From contig JAZRSO010000032.1 in NCBI GenBank assembly GCA_045651525.1, positions 73,748-137,747 on the forward strand: 64,000 nucleotides of DNA, written 5' to 3'. Origin of the DNA: Candidatus Enterousia sp. Its GTDB lineage: Bacteria > Pseudomonadota > Alphaproteobacteria > Rs-D84. Every line of letters begins with the position of its first letter. The first letter of the stretch is position 1. Shown here piece by piece: positions 17,199 through 25,940 of the stretch. The translations under genes were made by a program, and so were the position numbers. A model generated the notes under the pieces. The model was not told where the DNA came from and did no database searches. It saw only the letters and a program-made list of their open reading frames with translations.

Positions 17199-18665
17199 TT
17201 ATTTTCCCATAATTGTTGTTGGGCGGTTATCAATGTTCGCAGATGATTCAATGTGTTTTGCTAATTGCAGAACGCGCATATCATCAAAACGACGACCGAC
17301 AACCTGCATACCCAATGGCAGACCATTTTGTGCCAATCCGCATGGTACACTGCATGCAGGGATGCCAGCCAAATTCATCGCAACTGTGAATAAATCCAAC
17401 GCATAGAATTCTAATGGTGATAATGAAGAATCTAATGGCATTGCAGTGCCTGCAGATGCGGGACATACAATTAAATCGCACTGTTCAAATGCAGAATTAA
17501 AACTGTCTGCAATCATACGACGAACACGGGCGGCCTGCATGAAATACACATCATACGATTCGCTGGATAAAACCGCAGTACCAATAATCATACGGCGTTG
17601 TACTTCGTCGCCAAAACCTGCGGCGCGTGTCTTTTTGAATGTGTCATAGATATCTTTGCCTTCGACGCGCAGACCATAACGCATACCGTCATAACGTGCC
17701 AGGTTTGATGATGCCTCGGCAGGGGCGATGATATAATATGCCGCCAATGCATCCAGGATATTTGGAATTGAAACCTCAACAATTTCTGCACCCATAGACT
17801 GTAGGTCAGAAATACGTTTTTCAAACAATGATTTCATGTCAGGTGAAATTTCAACATTTGCGAATTCTTTGATAACACCAACACGTAATTTTTTACCATT
17901 GCCCAAGATTGGTTCCAGTGGCGCGTTGCATGAAAAACCGTTTGTGGCACTGGTTGAATCCAGTGGGTCATGACCTGCCATACATGACAACATTAATGCT
18001 GCATCATCAACAGTACGTGTGATTGGCCCCGGTGTGTCCAAGCTGGATGCAAATGCAACACATCCCCAACGTGAACACAGACCGTACGTAGGTTTCATTC
18101 CAACCATGCCGGTAATTGCCGCAGGGAAACGAATTGAACCACCGGTATCTGTGCCTGTGGCGCATAATGCCAAACCACCAGCCACCGCAGATGTAGAACC
18201 ACCAGAAGAACCGCCTGCTGTTAAGTGTTTGTCTTGTTGCCATGGGTTGACAGGTGCACCAAAGTAACTGGTCTTGCTGAAAGTGCCCATTGCAAATTCA
18301 TCCAAGTTTGCCTTGCCCAACAAAACTGTACCGGCATTGATTAAATTCTGTGAAACAGTTGATTCGTATTCTGGAACAAAGTTTTCCAGCATACGTGATG
18401 CAGCAGTCGTGCGTATACCACGCGTTGCAAATAAGTCTTTCATTGCCAATGGAATGCCGTCCAGTGGCAATGCGTTTCCTGCGGCACGTCGTGCGTCAGA
18501 TGCGGCTGCGTCTGCCATGGCACGTTCTGGTGTCACTGTGATATAGCAATTTAAATCGGCACCGTATTGTTCAATGCGGTTTAAATATGCGCGTGTCAGT
18601 TCCACGGATGTGATTTCGCCACTGTTTAATTTTTTTAATGCTTCAACTATTGTCAGGTTTATCAT
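17199..18665 (-). CDS. gatA: Glu-tRNA(Gln) amidotransferase subunit A
   Basis: 488 aa. Amidase signature present (GGSSGGSTSAVAGG, GTDTGGSIR). Confidence 0.93.
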   Translation of the reverse strand: MINLTIVEALKKLNSGEITSVELTRAYLNRIEQYGADLNCYITVTPERAMADAAASDARRAAGNALPLDGIPLAMKDLFATRGIRTTAASRMLENFVPEYESTVSQNLINAGTVLLGKANLDEFAMGTFSKTSYFGAPVNPWQQDKHLTAGGSSGGSTSAVAGGLALCATGTDTGGSIRFPAAITGMVGMKPTYGLCSRWGCVAFASSLDTPGPITRTVDDAALMLSCMAGHDPLDSTSATNGFSCNAPLEPILGNGKKLRVGVIKEFANVEISPDMKSLFEKRISDLQSMGAEIVEVSIPNILDALAAYYIIAPAEASSNLARYDGMRYGLRVEGKDIYDTFKKTRAAGFGDEVQRRMIIGTAVLSSESYDVYFMQAARVRRMIADSFNSAFEQCDLIVCPASAGTAMPLDSSLSPLEFYALDLFTVAMNLAGIPACSVPCGLAQNGLPLGMQVVGRRFDDMRVLQLAKHIESSANIDNRPTTIMGK

Positions 18666-19069
18666 TTTCTCTTTCCATAGTGTTGTGGGAACAATGCTGC
18701 CCCCAATGTTTTTTTAATGAATGAGTCTTGGCATTTGCCAGCACGCAGATTGCGCACACAACATTTTGCTTTTGCTAAATCATCAATTTTGCATTTTGCG
18801 CATTGTGGCTTATTGTCTGGGTAAAACATTCCAGATATTTCCAAAGTGCCATGATTTTTAAGGTCTTTTTTGAACGAATCAAAGTCTGCTGCATAAGTAT
18901 ATTTTGCATTTAATGATTTGATGCATGCTGTTTTTGCAGGACTGCTTTTTTTAAGAATGTTTATTAAATCGATTGCTTGTATTTGTGTGATGTTGCCAAG
19001 TTTGATTGTTTCTGGAATTTCACCATATGGTTCAAATACTACAAATTGTACAGGTGTTTTCTTTGCCAT
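18662..19069 (-). CDS. Cys-rich hypothetical protein X2 (135 aa), paralogue of 19083-19487
   Basis: Its stop overlaps the gatA start (ATGA). An SD aagga lies upstream. It shares CIKS and the C-terminal motif NL..GKCQD..[IV][KR][KR]T[LV]GA.LFPQ.Y with the neighbouring ORF. Confidence 0.65.
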   Translation of the reverse strand: MAKKTPVQFVVFEPYGEIPETIKLGNITQIQAIDLINILKKSSPAKTACIKSLNAKYTYAADFDSFKKDLKNHGTLEISGMFYPDNKPQCAKCKIDDLAKAKCCVRNLRAGKCQDSFIKKTLGAALFPQHYGKRK

Positions 19070-19082
19070 ATTTTATCCTTGT

Positions 19083-19487
19083 TTATTTCTGTTTTTCATT
19101 TGCATATATTTGTGGGAATAATACAGCGCCTACGGTTCTGCGTACATATTCATCTTGGCATTTGCCACACTGCAAATTATAAAAACAACGTTTTGATTTA
19201 TCTAATCTTGATTGGGTGTATACTTGTTTTCCCTTTGCTGGTTGGCAGATTGTTTTTTCCATGTTTGCCATACCTAAAAGTTTCAATTCACTGTGTATGC
19301 TGGCGACACTTGCTGAATTATGTGCGCCAATTGTTAGTTCGCTGTTAAAGTAAGATTTGATACATGTGGATAACTTCATATCCGTATTTTTTATCAAATC
19401 CAATAACCGAATTGCATCATCATTTGATATTGATATATTCAAATCGGTTAAATATGGAATAATAATTTTTACTTTTGTATCTTTCAT
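19083..19487 (-). CDS. Cys-rich hypothetical protein X1 (134 aa), paralogue of 18662-19069
   Basis: Starts 3 nt after the gatC stop. Shares the motifs listed for X2. Confidence 0.65.
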   Translation of the reverse strand: MKDTKVKIIIPYLTDLNISISNDDAIRLLDLIKNTDMKLSTCIKSYFNSELTIGAHNSASVASIHSELKLLGMANMEKTICQPAKGKQVYTQSRLDKSKRCFYNLQCGKCQDEYVRRTVGAVLFPQIYANEKQK

Positions 19488-19490
19488 TGT

Positions 19491-19793
19491 TTATTCCCCG
19501 TCCATGATTTTTGGTACTGCGAAATAGCCGCGTGATGTGCCGGCATTATCTGGTGTGTTTGCCAAAACCAAGTCGCGAATGTTACCATCAGTTACAACGT
19601 CATCACGCATTGGTGATTTGTGTTCGGCGGGACTTAACATCGGGTCAACGCCAGCAGTATCGATTTTTTGTAATTTATCCAGCCATTGGACAACAGAATC
19701 AATGTTCATTTCGGCCAGTTTCTCGTCTGATATTTCAATTTTGATTAAATCAGCGAATTTTTGTAATTGTTGCTTGCTAAATGCCATTTTCAA
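19491..19793 (-). CDS. gatC: Glu-tRNA(Gln) amidotransferase subunit C
   Basis: 100 aa. Typical GatC features: ...LAEMNIDSVVQWLDKLQKIDT.GV.PM and a C-terminal YF.VPK. Confidence 0.88.
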   Translation of the reverse strand: MKMAFSKQQLQKFADLIKIEISDEKLAEMNIDSVVQWLDKLQKIDTAGVDPMLSPAEHKSPMRDDVVTDGNIRDLVLANTPDNAGTSRGYFAVPKIMDGE

Positions 19794-19824
19794 TCCTATA
19801 TTTATAAAGTAAAGGAATTATACA

Positions 19825-20274
19825 ATGATTTTGCCAGATTTCAAGGGTTTTCCACGCACAGGGCGTATTTTAGGTGTTGATTGGGGCTTGTCCCGAATTG
19901 GGGTCGCTGTGTCTGACCCAAACCGTGATTTTGTTTTTGTGCGACCTGTGATAAATGTGGCACGTGGTGCAGATAATCATGCTGATATCGTTGCAAAAAT
20001 TGCATATGATGAAAATGTTGTGGGCATTGTTGTTGGTTTGCCAATTCATAATGATGGAACAGAATCAGACACAACAAAACTGGTGCGTGATTTTGTAAAT
20101 AAATTAGTGGCAAAAACAGATTTGCCAATTTGCACGATAGAAGAAAATTTAACTTCGGTTGCGGCCCAGGAATCTATGGGGCGGGTTAGGGTGCGTGATA
20201 TTAAACAAAAACTGGATTCTGAATCTGCACGCGTTATCTTGGAAAACGCGATTGCAATAATAAAACGGGCATAA
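19825..20274 (+). CDS. ruvX: Holliday-junction-resolvase-like pre-16S rRNA nuclease RuvX (YqgF)
   Basis: 149 aa with GVDWGLSRIGVAVSD and GLPIHNDGTES motifs. Confidence 0.88.
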   Translation: MILPDFKGFPRTGRILGVDWGLSRIGVAVSDPNRDFVFVRPVINVARGADNHADIVAKIAYDENVVGIVVGLPIHNDGTESDTTKLVRDFVNKLVAKTDLPICTIEENLTSVAAQESMGRVRVRDIKQKLDSESARVILENAIAIIKRA

Positions 20275-20287
20275 TGCCCGTTTTTTA
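20262..20287. terminator. bidirectional terminator overlapping both gene ends
   Basis: aaaacgggca-taa-tgcccgtttttt. The hairpin overlaps the ruvX stop codon. Confidence 0.7.
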
Positions 20288-21328
20288 ATCTTCGTTTTTA
20301 TCTGGGATATTCCCATCTGCGGACAGCAGAATCGCAATCCATCGTGTTGAATCAAACTGGGCGCAGATAATGTATGTCGCAACCAATAATGGAACACTGA
20401 AAAACATTCCTGCAATGCCCCAAATCATTCCCCAAAATACCAGGTTTATTAAAATTGCCAGTGTTGATATGTTCAATGTTTTTCCTGTGAATTTTGGTTC
20501 CAGAATGTTGCCAAATAAAATTTGTAATATGATTAAGCCTGCGGCTGTCAATATCGGCTGTTGTAATGTAGGTGCGGTTATTAATGAATATAAAATCGGT
20601 AAAGAACATGCGACAATCGCGCCAATTGTTGGAATGTAGCTGGTTACAAAAACAATAAATGCCCAAACGCCTGCAAATTCAACACCAATCAATTGCAACC
20701 AAATAAATGAAAATACACCAGTAATCGCAGATATAGTTGTCTTTACAAACAGGTATTTTTTCATGTTGTAATCAATACTGTCTAATATATACCGTGATTT
20801 TTTTGATTGACGTTTGTTTGGAAACAGTGCGGCAAATTTTTGATTAAATGTACTTTGTTCAATAAACATAAATATCATATATACCAACACCATACCCATT
20901 GAAGTCGCAACAGATGCGACAGAAGAGCCGATGTTAGACGCAATCTTGGTTATGTTTGGTATCATGTTTGCATCAAATTTTAATCCGACAGAATTTGATA
21001 GATATGTGCCCAATTGTGTCAATTTATCTTGTAACGTAGGCAGTATTGATACCAGCTCTGAAAACATAGGTTTAATTTGTGTTATGAACAAGTATATAAC
21101 AAAGCATATCGTGGCAAGACTGGTGATATTAGACAACCAGTTAAATATATGCCAATATGTTTTTTCTGATTTTGTTTGTGGTGTCTTAAATGGCAAGACT
21201 TTGCGGTAATAGTCTGATATTGCGTTCATTAAATACCATAAAAAAGCAGCAATCAACAGTGGTATTAAAATTGACCGACCAATCCATAACAAGAAAACAA
21301 ATAGTGTAAATATAATTATTCCGTTCAT
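20285..21328 (-). CDS. AI-2E family transporter (PerM/YhhT-like permease)
   Basis: 347 aa polytopic membrane protein. The characteristic C-terminal region IPTIGAIV....P, ILEPKF.GK..N and FWG.IWGIAGMFFSVPL is present. Confidence 0.75.
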   Translation of the reverse strand: MNGIIIFTLFVFLLWIGRSILIPLLIAAFLWYLMNAISDYYRKVLPFKTPQTKSEKTYWHIFNWLSNITSLATICFVIYLFITQIKPMFSELVSILPTLQDKLTQLGTYLSNSVGLKFDANMIPNITKIASNIGSSVASVATSMGMVLVYMIFMFIEQSTFNQKFAALFPNKRQSKKSRYILDSIDYNMKKYLFVKTTISAITGVFSFIWLQLIGVEFAGVWAFIVFVTSYIPTIGAIVACSLPILYSLITAPTLQQPILTAAGLIILQILFGNILEPKFTGKTLNISTLAILINLVFWGMIWGIAGMFFSVPLLVATYIICAQFDSTRWIAILLSADGNIPDKNED

Positions 21329-21330
21329 TT

Positions 21331-22248
21331 TTATTGTCCTTGGGTTGAAGTCACTTCGATGTCAGAAATATTTATTTGAATGTTTTGTTGTGTTTTTGGT
21401 GCGAAAATGTATGTACATATAAATAATATTATCAGTGCGATGTTTATGATTACTGCAACAGAAGAATATTTTTTCGCCATATTTTTTTCAAATTGTTTTG
21501 TGCCAATTTGTAATGCCCATATACCAAATAGTAACGCAAATGAAAATGTCAGTAATACTGCATTAAGTCCTGCAAAGAATGATGATAAAACAGTTATAAA
21601 CACAAACATAGAAATTGTATTTAATTGTGTTTTTGTTGTCCAGCTTATAAGCTTTGCATACCATTTTGATTTGATTTCTTGTGCAACTTTTTTTGGCTTT
21701 GTTGTATTTAATAAATAGCCTGGAACCCACAGTGCAGAAAAACCAAATGGGATGCTTAAAATGATTTTCCAAGTTGGTATGTTAAAATCCTGTATACGGC
21801 GTATTTTAACGTATATGTTGAATATTTCTATGCCGACAAGATATAAAAAATATAATGCAATTGCAGGTATTAAAATTGTTGAAAGCCCAGAAGCCGATTC
21901 GGAAACCATTAAATTAAACAGTATGTTTTGTTGGTTTGATAACAGTAAATACGTTGATGCAGAAAACAACAAAAATATCAACAATGTTTGTGCAGTATGT
22001 ATTGTTATAAATGATGATGTGTCCATCTTGATTCTTGGTGCTTTTTTTACCGAAAAATATATTCCTGTCAGAATGCTGACAATCATAAATATAAACAATG
22101 GTTTCATTGGTAACGCATGTGTTTCATCAAAGAATAGTTGACCAATGAATGGGTATAAGAAAGACAGTAATAATATCAAGGCAAAAGATATAATTGCGAA
22201 TTTAAATGGTAATTTGAATAACCAGGTATTTAATGTTGTTTGTTTCAT
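21331..22248 (-). CDS. polytopic integral membrane protein, function unknown
   Basis: About 305 aa with roughly 8-9 predicted TM helices. It is wedged 2 nt upstream of the permease and downstream of sufC. The ATG at 22248 has a gggga SD; an alternative ATG lies at 22263. Confidence 0.6.
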   Translation of the reverse strand: MKQTTLNTWLFKLPFKFAIISFALILLLSFLYPFIGQLFFDETHALPMKPLFIFMIVSILTGIYFSVKKAPRIKMDTSSFITIHTAQTLLIFLLFSASTYLLLSNQQNILFNLMVSESASGLSTILIPAIALYFLYLVGIEIFNIYVKIRRIQDFNIPTWKIILSIPFGFSALWVPGYLLNTTKPKKVAQEIKSKWYAKLISWTTKTQLNTISMFVFITVLSSFFAGLNAVLLTFSFALLFGIWALQIGTKQFEKNMAKKYSSVAVIINIALIILFICTYIFAPKTQQNIQINISDIEVTSTQGQ

Positions 22249-22275
22249 TTGTGTTTCCCCCATGTTTGAATGTTG

Positions 22276-22959
22276 TTATTTTATCATAATTTTACCGTCA
22301 GATAAAGTTATTGTGTTTGTTGGTTGTACCAGTTCTGTAAATGCCTGTTGATGACTGATAAATATAAACGTTGTGTCTGGCATTGATTTTATTGTTTTGG
22401 CAATTAATTCTTGGGTTTGTATGTCTGCACCAGAATCTGGTTCGTCTAATATTGCCAGCTTTGGTTGTGTTAGAATTAATTGCAACAGCATAATTTTTTT
22501 GCGTTCGCCGCCGGAAAATCCAACGTTCATACTGCGGTTTAGCCAGTCGCGTGGGATGTTTAATTGTTCAGTGGCGTTATTTAGTTTTTCTAGAAATTCA
22601 GCCATAGATAAATCATGACCTGTATTAAAGTGTGTGTGCGCAGAACATGAATGTTTTAAAAAGCTTAAAACTGTTAATCCTGGTATTTCTGGTACGTGTT
22701 GAGAACCTAAGAATATACCCATTAATGCACGTGTTGTTGTGTTTTCTGTTGTGATGTCAGAATTGTTAAAAAATATTGTTCCAGAATCTGTTGTATACGT
22801 TGGATTTCCTGCGATTGCGTTCGCAAGTGTTGATTTGCCAGAACCGTTATGTCCGGCTAATAATACACGTTCACCGGCGCGTATGTTTACATTGATATCA
22901 TGTAATAATCTGTGTTCTGATTCTGATAAAGATACATTTAAATTTTTTATTTCTAACAT
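22276..22959 (-). CDS. sufC: Fe-S cluster assembly ATPase SufC
   Basis: 227 aa with Walker A GHNGSGKST, signature FSGGERKK and Walker B LAILDEPDSG. Confidence 0.88.
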   Translation of the reverse strand: MLEIKNLNVSLSESEHRLLHDINVNIRAGERVLLAGHNGSGKSTLANAIAGNPTYTTDSGTIFFNNSDITTENTTTRALMGIFLGSQHVPEIPGLTVLSFLKHSCSAHTHFNTGHDLSMAEFLEKLNNATEQLNIPRDWLNRSMNVGFSGGERKKIMLLQLILTQPKLAILDEPDSGADIQTQELIAKTIKSMPDTTFIFISHQQAFTELVQPTNTITLSDGKIMIK

Positions 22960-22961
22960 TT

Positions 22962-24290
22962 TTAATCCTTTGACAGTGCCATTTGGATAAGTTGTTTTGA
23001 TTCAACCAGAAATTCCATCGGCAGACGTGATAAAACAGGGGTGGCTGCTGCGCCAATAATCAATGCAATTGCAGTGTCTGTTTCAATGCCTGCCATATTT
23101 AAATAATTCAATGTTGCTGCGTCGATGGTACCTGTTGTTGCCTCGTGCGATTGTTGATTGTTTTTACCGTTATGTATAATGCGTGGCAGTGTGTTTGCTG
23201 TTGCAGTACTGTCGATTAAACGACTGTCGCATTTTGATGCGTTTTTACAATTGTTGCCAGAGAACGAAACAAGACTTCGGAAAGTTTGTTCTGATATATC
23301 ACTTGCAACACCATATGATACAATGTTTGATGTTGTGTTGTCGCCAATATGAATCATTTTTGTGCCAGTGTCTGCCATTTGCGCGCCACGTGTAAGTGAT
23401 AATGAATAAAAGTCGCTATACGCATTGTTTCCGCGCAAAATAGTGGATGGATATTTCCAAGTTAGGGCAGAACCAACCTCTATTTGTGTCCATAATAATT
23501 TTGCGTTGTTATCGCATTTGCCGCGCTTGGTTACAAAATTTAATATTCCGCCTATGTTCTTTGTGCCATCAAAATCGCCGGCAAACCAGTTTTGAACAGT
23601 TGCATATTTTACAGTCGCGTCATCGTGGACAATAATTTCAACAACGCCACTGTGCAGTTGATGACGTGTTCTGCGTGGGGCGCTGCAACCTTCCATATAT
23701 GTTAATTCTGCGCCAACATCTGCGATGATAAGAGTTCGTTCAAATTGTCCGATTTTTGCGGTTTCTATTCTGAAAAAACTGGCCAAGTCAATCGGGCATT
23801 TTGTGTGTGGCGGAACATAGACAAATGTGCCATCAGAAAATACACATGCGTTTAATGCTGCAAAAAAATTATCTGATTGTGGTACAACGGTTCCAAGATA
23901 TTTTTTTACTAAATCTGGGTGTTGAATTACAGCGTCGGAAAAAGGCAAGAAGATAATTCCGTGTTTTTCCAATTCTGCGGTATATGATGTGTGGACAGAA
24001 CGGCTGTCGATAACAGTGTCTGTTGCCATGCCCATCAGTGCTTTTTTTTCGTTTTCTGGCAGACCCATTTTGTCATATATGGCGCCTAAATCAGAATTAT
24101 CAATGTCTGTTACTTTGTTGTAATAGTCAAGACTGTCATAATCAATTGGTGAATATGTTATGTTGCCCCAGTGTGGTTCGGGCATTTGCTTCCATGCGTT
24201 ATATGCGTCCAGTCGCCACTGTAACAGCCAATCAGGTTCATTTCGTTTGCCTGATATTTCACGGATAAGATTCTCGGACAGTTTTGCCAT
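22962..24290 (-). CDS. sufB: Fe-S cluster assembly scaffold SufB
   Basis: 442 aa. SufB-type C-terminal region present (GTKMIHIGDNTTSNIVSYGV, HEATTG.ID...L.YL...GI, LPMEFLVE). Confidence 0.8.
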   Translation of the reverse strand: MAKLSENLIREISGKRNEPDWLLQWRLDAYNAWKQMPEPHWGNITYSPIDYDSLDYYNKVTDIDNSDLGAIYDKMGLPENEKKALMGMATDTVIDSRSVHTSYTAELEKHGIIFLPFSDAVIQHPDLVKKYLGTVVPQSDNFFAALNACVFSDGTFVYVPPHTKCPIDLASFFRIETAKIGQFERTLIIADVGAELTYMEGCSAPRRTRHQLHSGVVEIIVHDDATVKYATVQNWFAGDFDGTKNIGGILNFVTKRGKCDNNAKLLWTQIEVGSALTWKYPSTILRGNNAYSDFYSLSLTRGAQMADTGTKMIHIGDNTTSNIVSYGVASDISEQTFRSLVSFSGNNCKNASKCDSRLIDSTATANTLPRIIHNGKNNQQSHEATTGTIDAATLNYLNMAGIETDTAIALIIGAAATPVLSRLPMEFLVESKQLIQMALSKD

Positions 24291-24836
24291 TTATTGATTA
24301 GATTGTGTTGCCAGTTGTTTTGCCTGGGCAAAGAACGTTAATGATTGTCCCAACAGACCATCTGTAAATGTGTTTGCAAGCAAGCCATCTGGTTCTGTAG
24401 TTGTTAAATGATGCAGGAAGTTATCCGCGCGACGCATATAGTTATCAACATTGCGGGCGATTTCAGAGTCCAGTTTTATTCCGCGGCGCAATTTTTCCAG
24501 TACAAATGGGTTTTTTGCGTATTCGTCCATAATGCCACCCAGTGCGCGCCACAGCGGATGTTCCGGGGTGTTGCGTGGCATAATATCAATGGCGGCCATA
24601 ATAGGAATTAGGTTTTGCAACAGGTCTTGGTAAATCATTTCTGCGTTTTCTGCGATTGCGTTTGTCGCATATTTGTTTTTTAAGACGGACTGCATTTTTA
24701 CAATCAGGTTGTACTGATGTTCCAGTGTCTTTGTAATACCGGTCATGCGGGCGTTCATTTTGTGAATATAAAAACCAATTCCGGCAATCAGTGTTACTAT
24801 TAATCCAAAAATAATGTAAATGATAATATTTTGCAT
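24291..24836 (-). CDS. single-pass membrane protein, function unknown
   Basis: The ATG at 24836 gives MQNIIIYIIFGLIVTLIAGIGFYI (a TM helix) followed by a helical soluble domain. Its stop directly abuts the sufB start. Confidence 0.55.
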   Translation of the reverse strand: MQNIIIYIIFGLIVTLIAGIGFYIHKMNARMTGITKTLEHQYNLIVKMQSVLKNKYATNAIAENAEMIYQDLLQNLIPIMAAIDIMPRNTPEHPLWRALGGIMDEYAKNPFVLEKLRRGIKLDSEIARNVDNYMRRADNFLHHLTTTEPDGLLANTFTDGLLGQSLTFFAQAKQLATQSNQ

Positions 24837-25001
24837 GTTTTTATCCCTGTTAATTTTTATTTGTTGCAAACAGTATAACATCTTTTTGCGATTCGTGCGA
24901 TTTTATCTTGTAATAATTTTATTTGGTTGTTTTTAGGTCTTGCACAGATTCGGTCAAATTGTTATAATATAACAAAATATTTAGGGAAAGGAAGTTTTGA
25001 T

Positions 25002-25907
25002 ATGTTTCGTAATATATTGATTTTTGCTATGTTTGCAACGGCTGCGGGTTATTGCTTTGCGGCAGAGTTTCTACCTCAGGTTGTCACGTCAGAGGTGTTT
25101 TATGAACAAGAAAAAGATGTGAATGATAATGAATGGACGACTGTTGATACGACTACGTACGATGTTGTTGAAACGTATCAAGAGGTTCCTGCATGGCCAA
25201 TTGCTGGGTCTGAGGCGGACGTCGAAGTGTCTTGTGAAATGGGTGTGTGTTCTAAAAAACAACAAAGTGATAATATTCGTATTGTTTCAAAAATTGGTAC
25301 TGATTTGGTTGTTGAAAATAACTTTAATTTGGGTGCACGTGGCGACGAATGGTCTGGTGGTGCAAATATGTTGCATGGTACGCAGATTCCTGTTGGTTTT
25401 GATGATGAATGTAATTCCAATTCTGAAATGCCGTTGTTACATCGCGAGGTTTTAGAAGATGACGGTGGTAATGTTTTGGCAGTGTCACGCAGTGGTCGTA
25501 AAAATTGTGGCAGATATGCTGATTCTTATGAGGCGTTTGCTGTTAAAATGAATATGAATCCAGAGGCAGAAGAAACAGAAATTGTCGAACAAGAAACAGA
25601 AATAGAAGTGGCAGAGTCTGCAGATGCCGAAGCGCCCGCAATCTTGACAGATCAAGTTCGTTCTTGGGTTGTTGCAAATGGTCAGACCTTGCGTGAAGTT
25701 TTGCAAAATTGGTGTAACAAAGAAGGTTGGGATTTGGTATGGGCGACTGCGCGTGAATATCCAATCGAAGCCAGTGCAGTATTCAAAGGTCGTTTTGTTG
25801 ATGTTGCGTCTGCTTTGGTTCGTAATTTTGGACGTGCAACACCAATTCCATATGCAAAATTCTATAAAGGAAATAGAGTGTTGCTGATTTCTACAAATGA
25901 AGAATAA
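25002..25907 (+). CDS. secreted protein with a TcpQ/PilL-like C-terminal domain (putative secretin partner)
   Basis: Signal peptide MFRNILIFAMFATAAGYCFA. The C-terminus WVVANGQTLREVLQNWCNKEGWDLVW....YPIEASAVFKGRFVDVASALV matches the pattern of the toxin-coregulated-pilus Q domain. Confidence 0.55.
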   Translation: MFRNILIFAMFATAAGYCFAAEFLPQVVTSEVFYEQEKDVNDNEWTTVDTTTYDVVETYQEVPAWPIAGSEADVEVSCEMGVCSKKQQSDNIRIVSKIGTDLVVENNFNLGARGDEWSGGANMLHGTQIPVGFDDECNSNSEMPLLHREVLEDDGGNVLAVSRSGRKNCGRYADSYEAFAVKMNMNPEAEETEIVEQETEIEVAESADAEAPAILTDQVRSWVVANGQTLREVLQNWCNKEGWDLVWATAREYPIEASAVFKGRFVDVASALVRNFGRATPIPYAKFYKGNRVLLISTNEE

Positions 25908-25940
25908 AACGCGTTTTATACATCGTAGGAGAATGTAAAA

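Noticed and set aside
22962-24290. Whether the 442-aa SUF protein is SufD rather than SufB.
   Set aside because: The C-terminal blocks (HEATTG..D...L.YL...GI and LPMEFLVE) and its position directly upstream of sufC match SufB. SufD lacks these conserved blocks.
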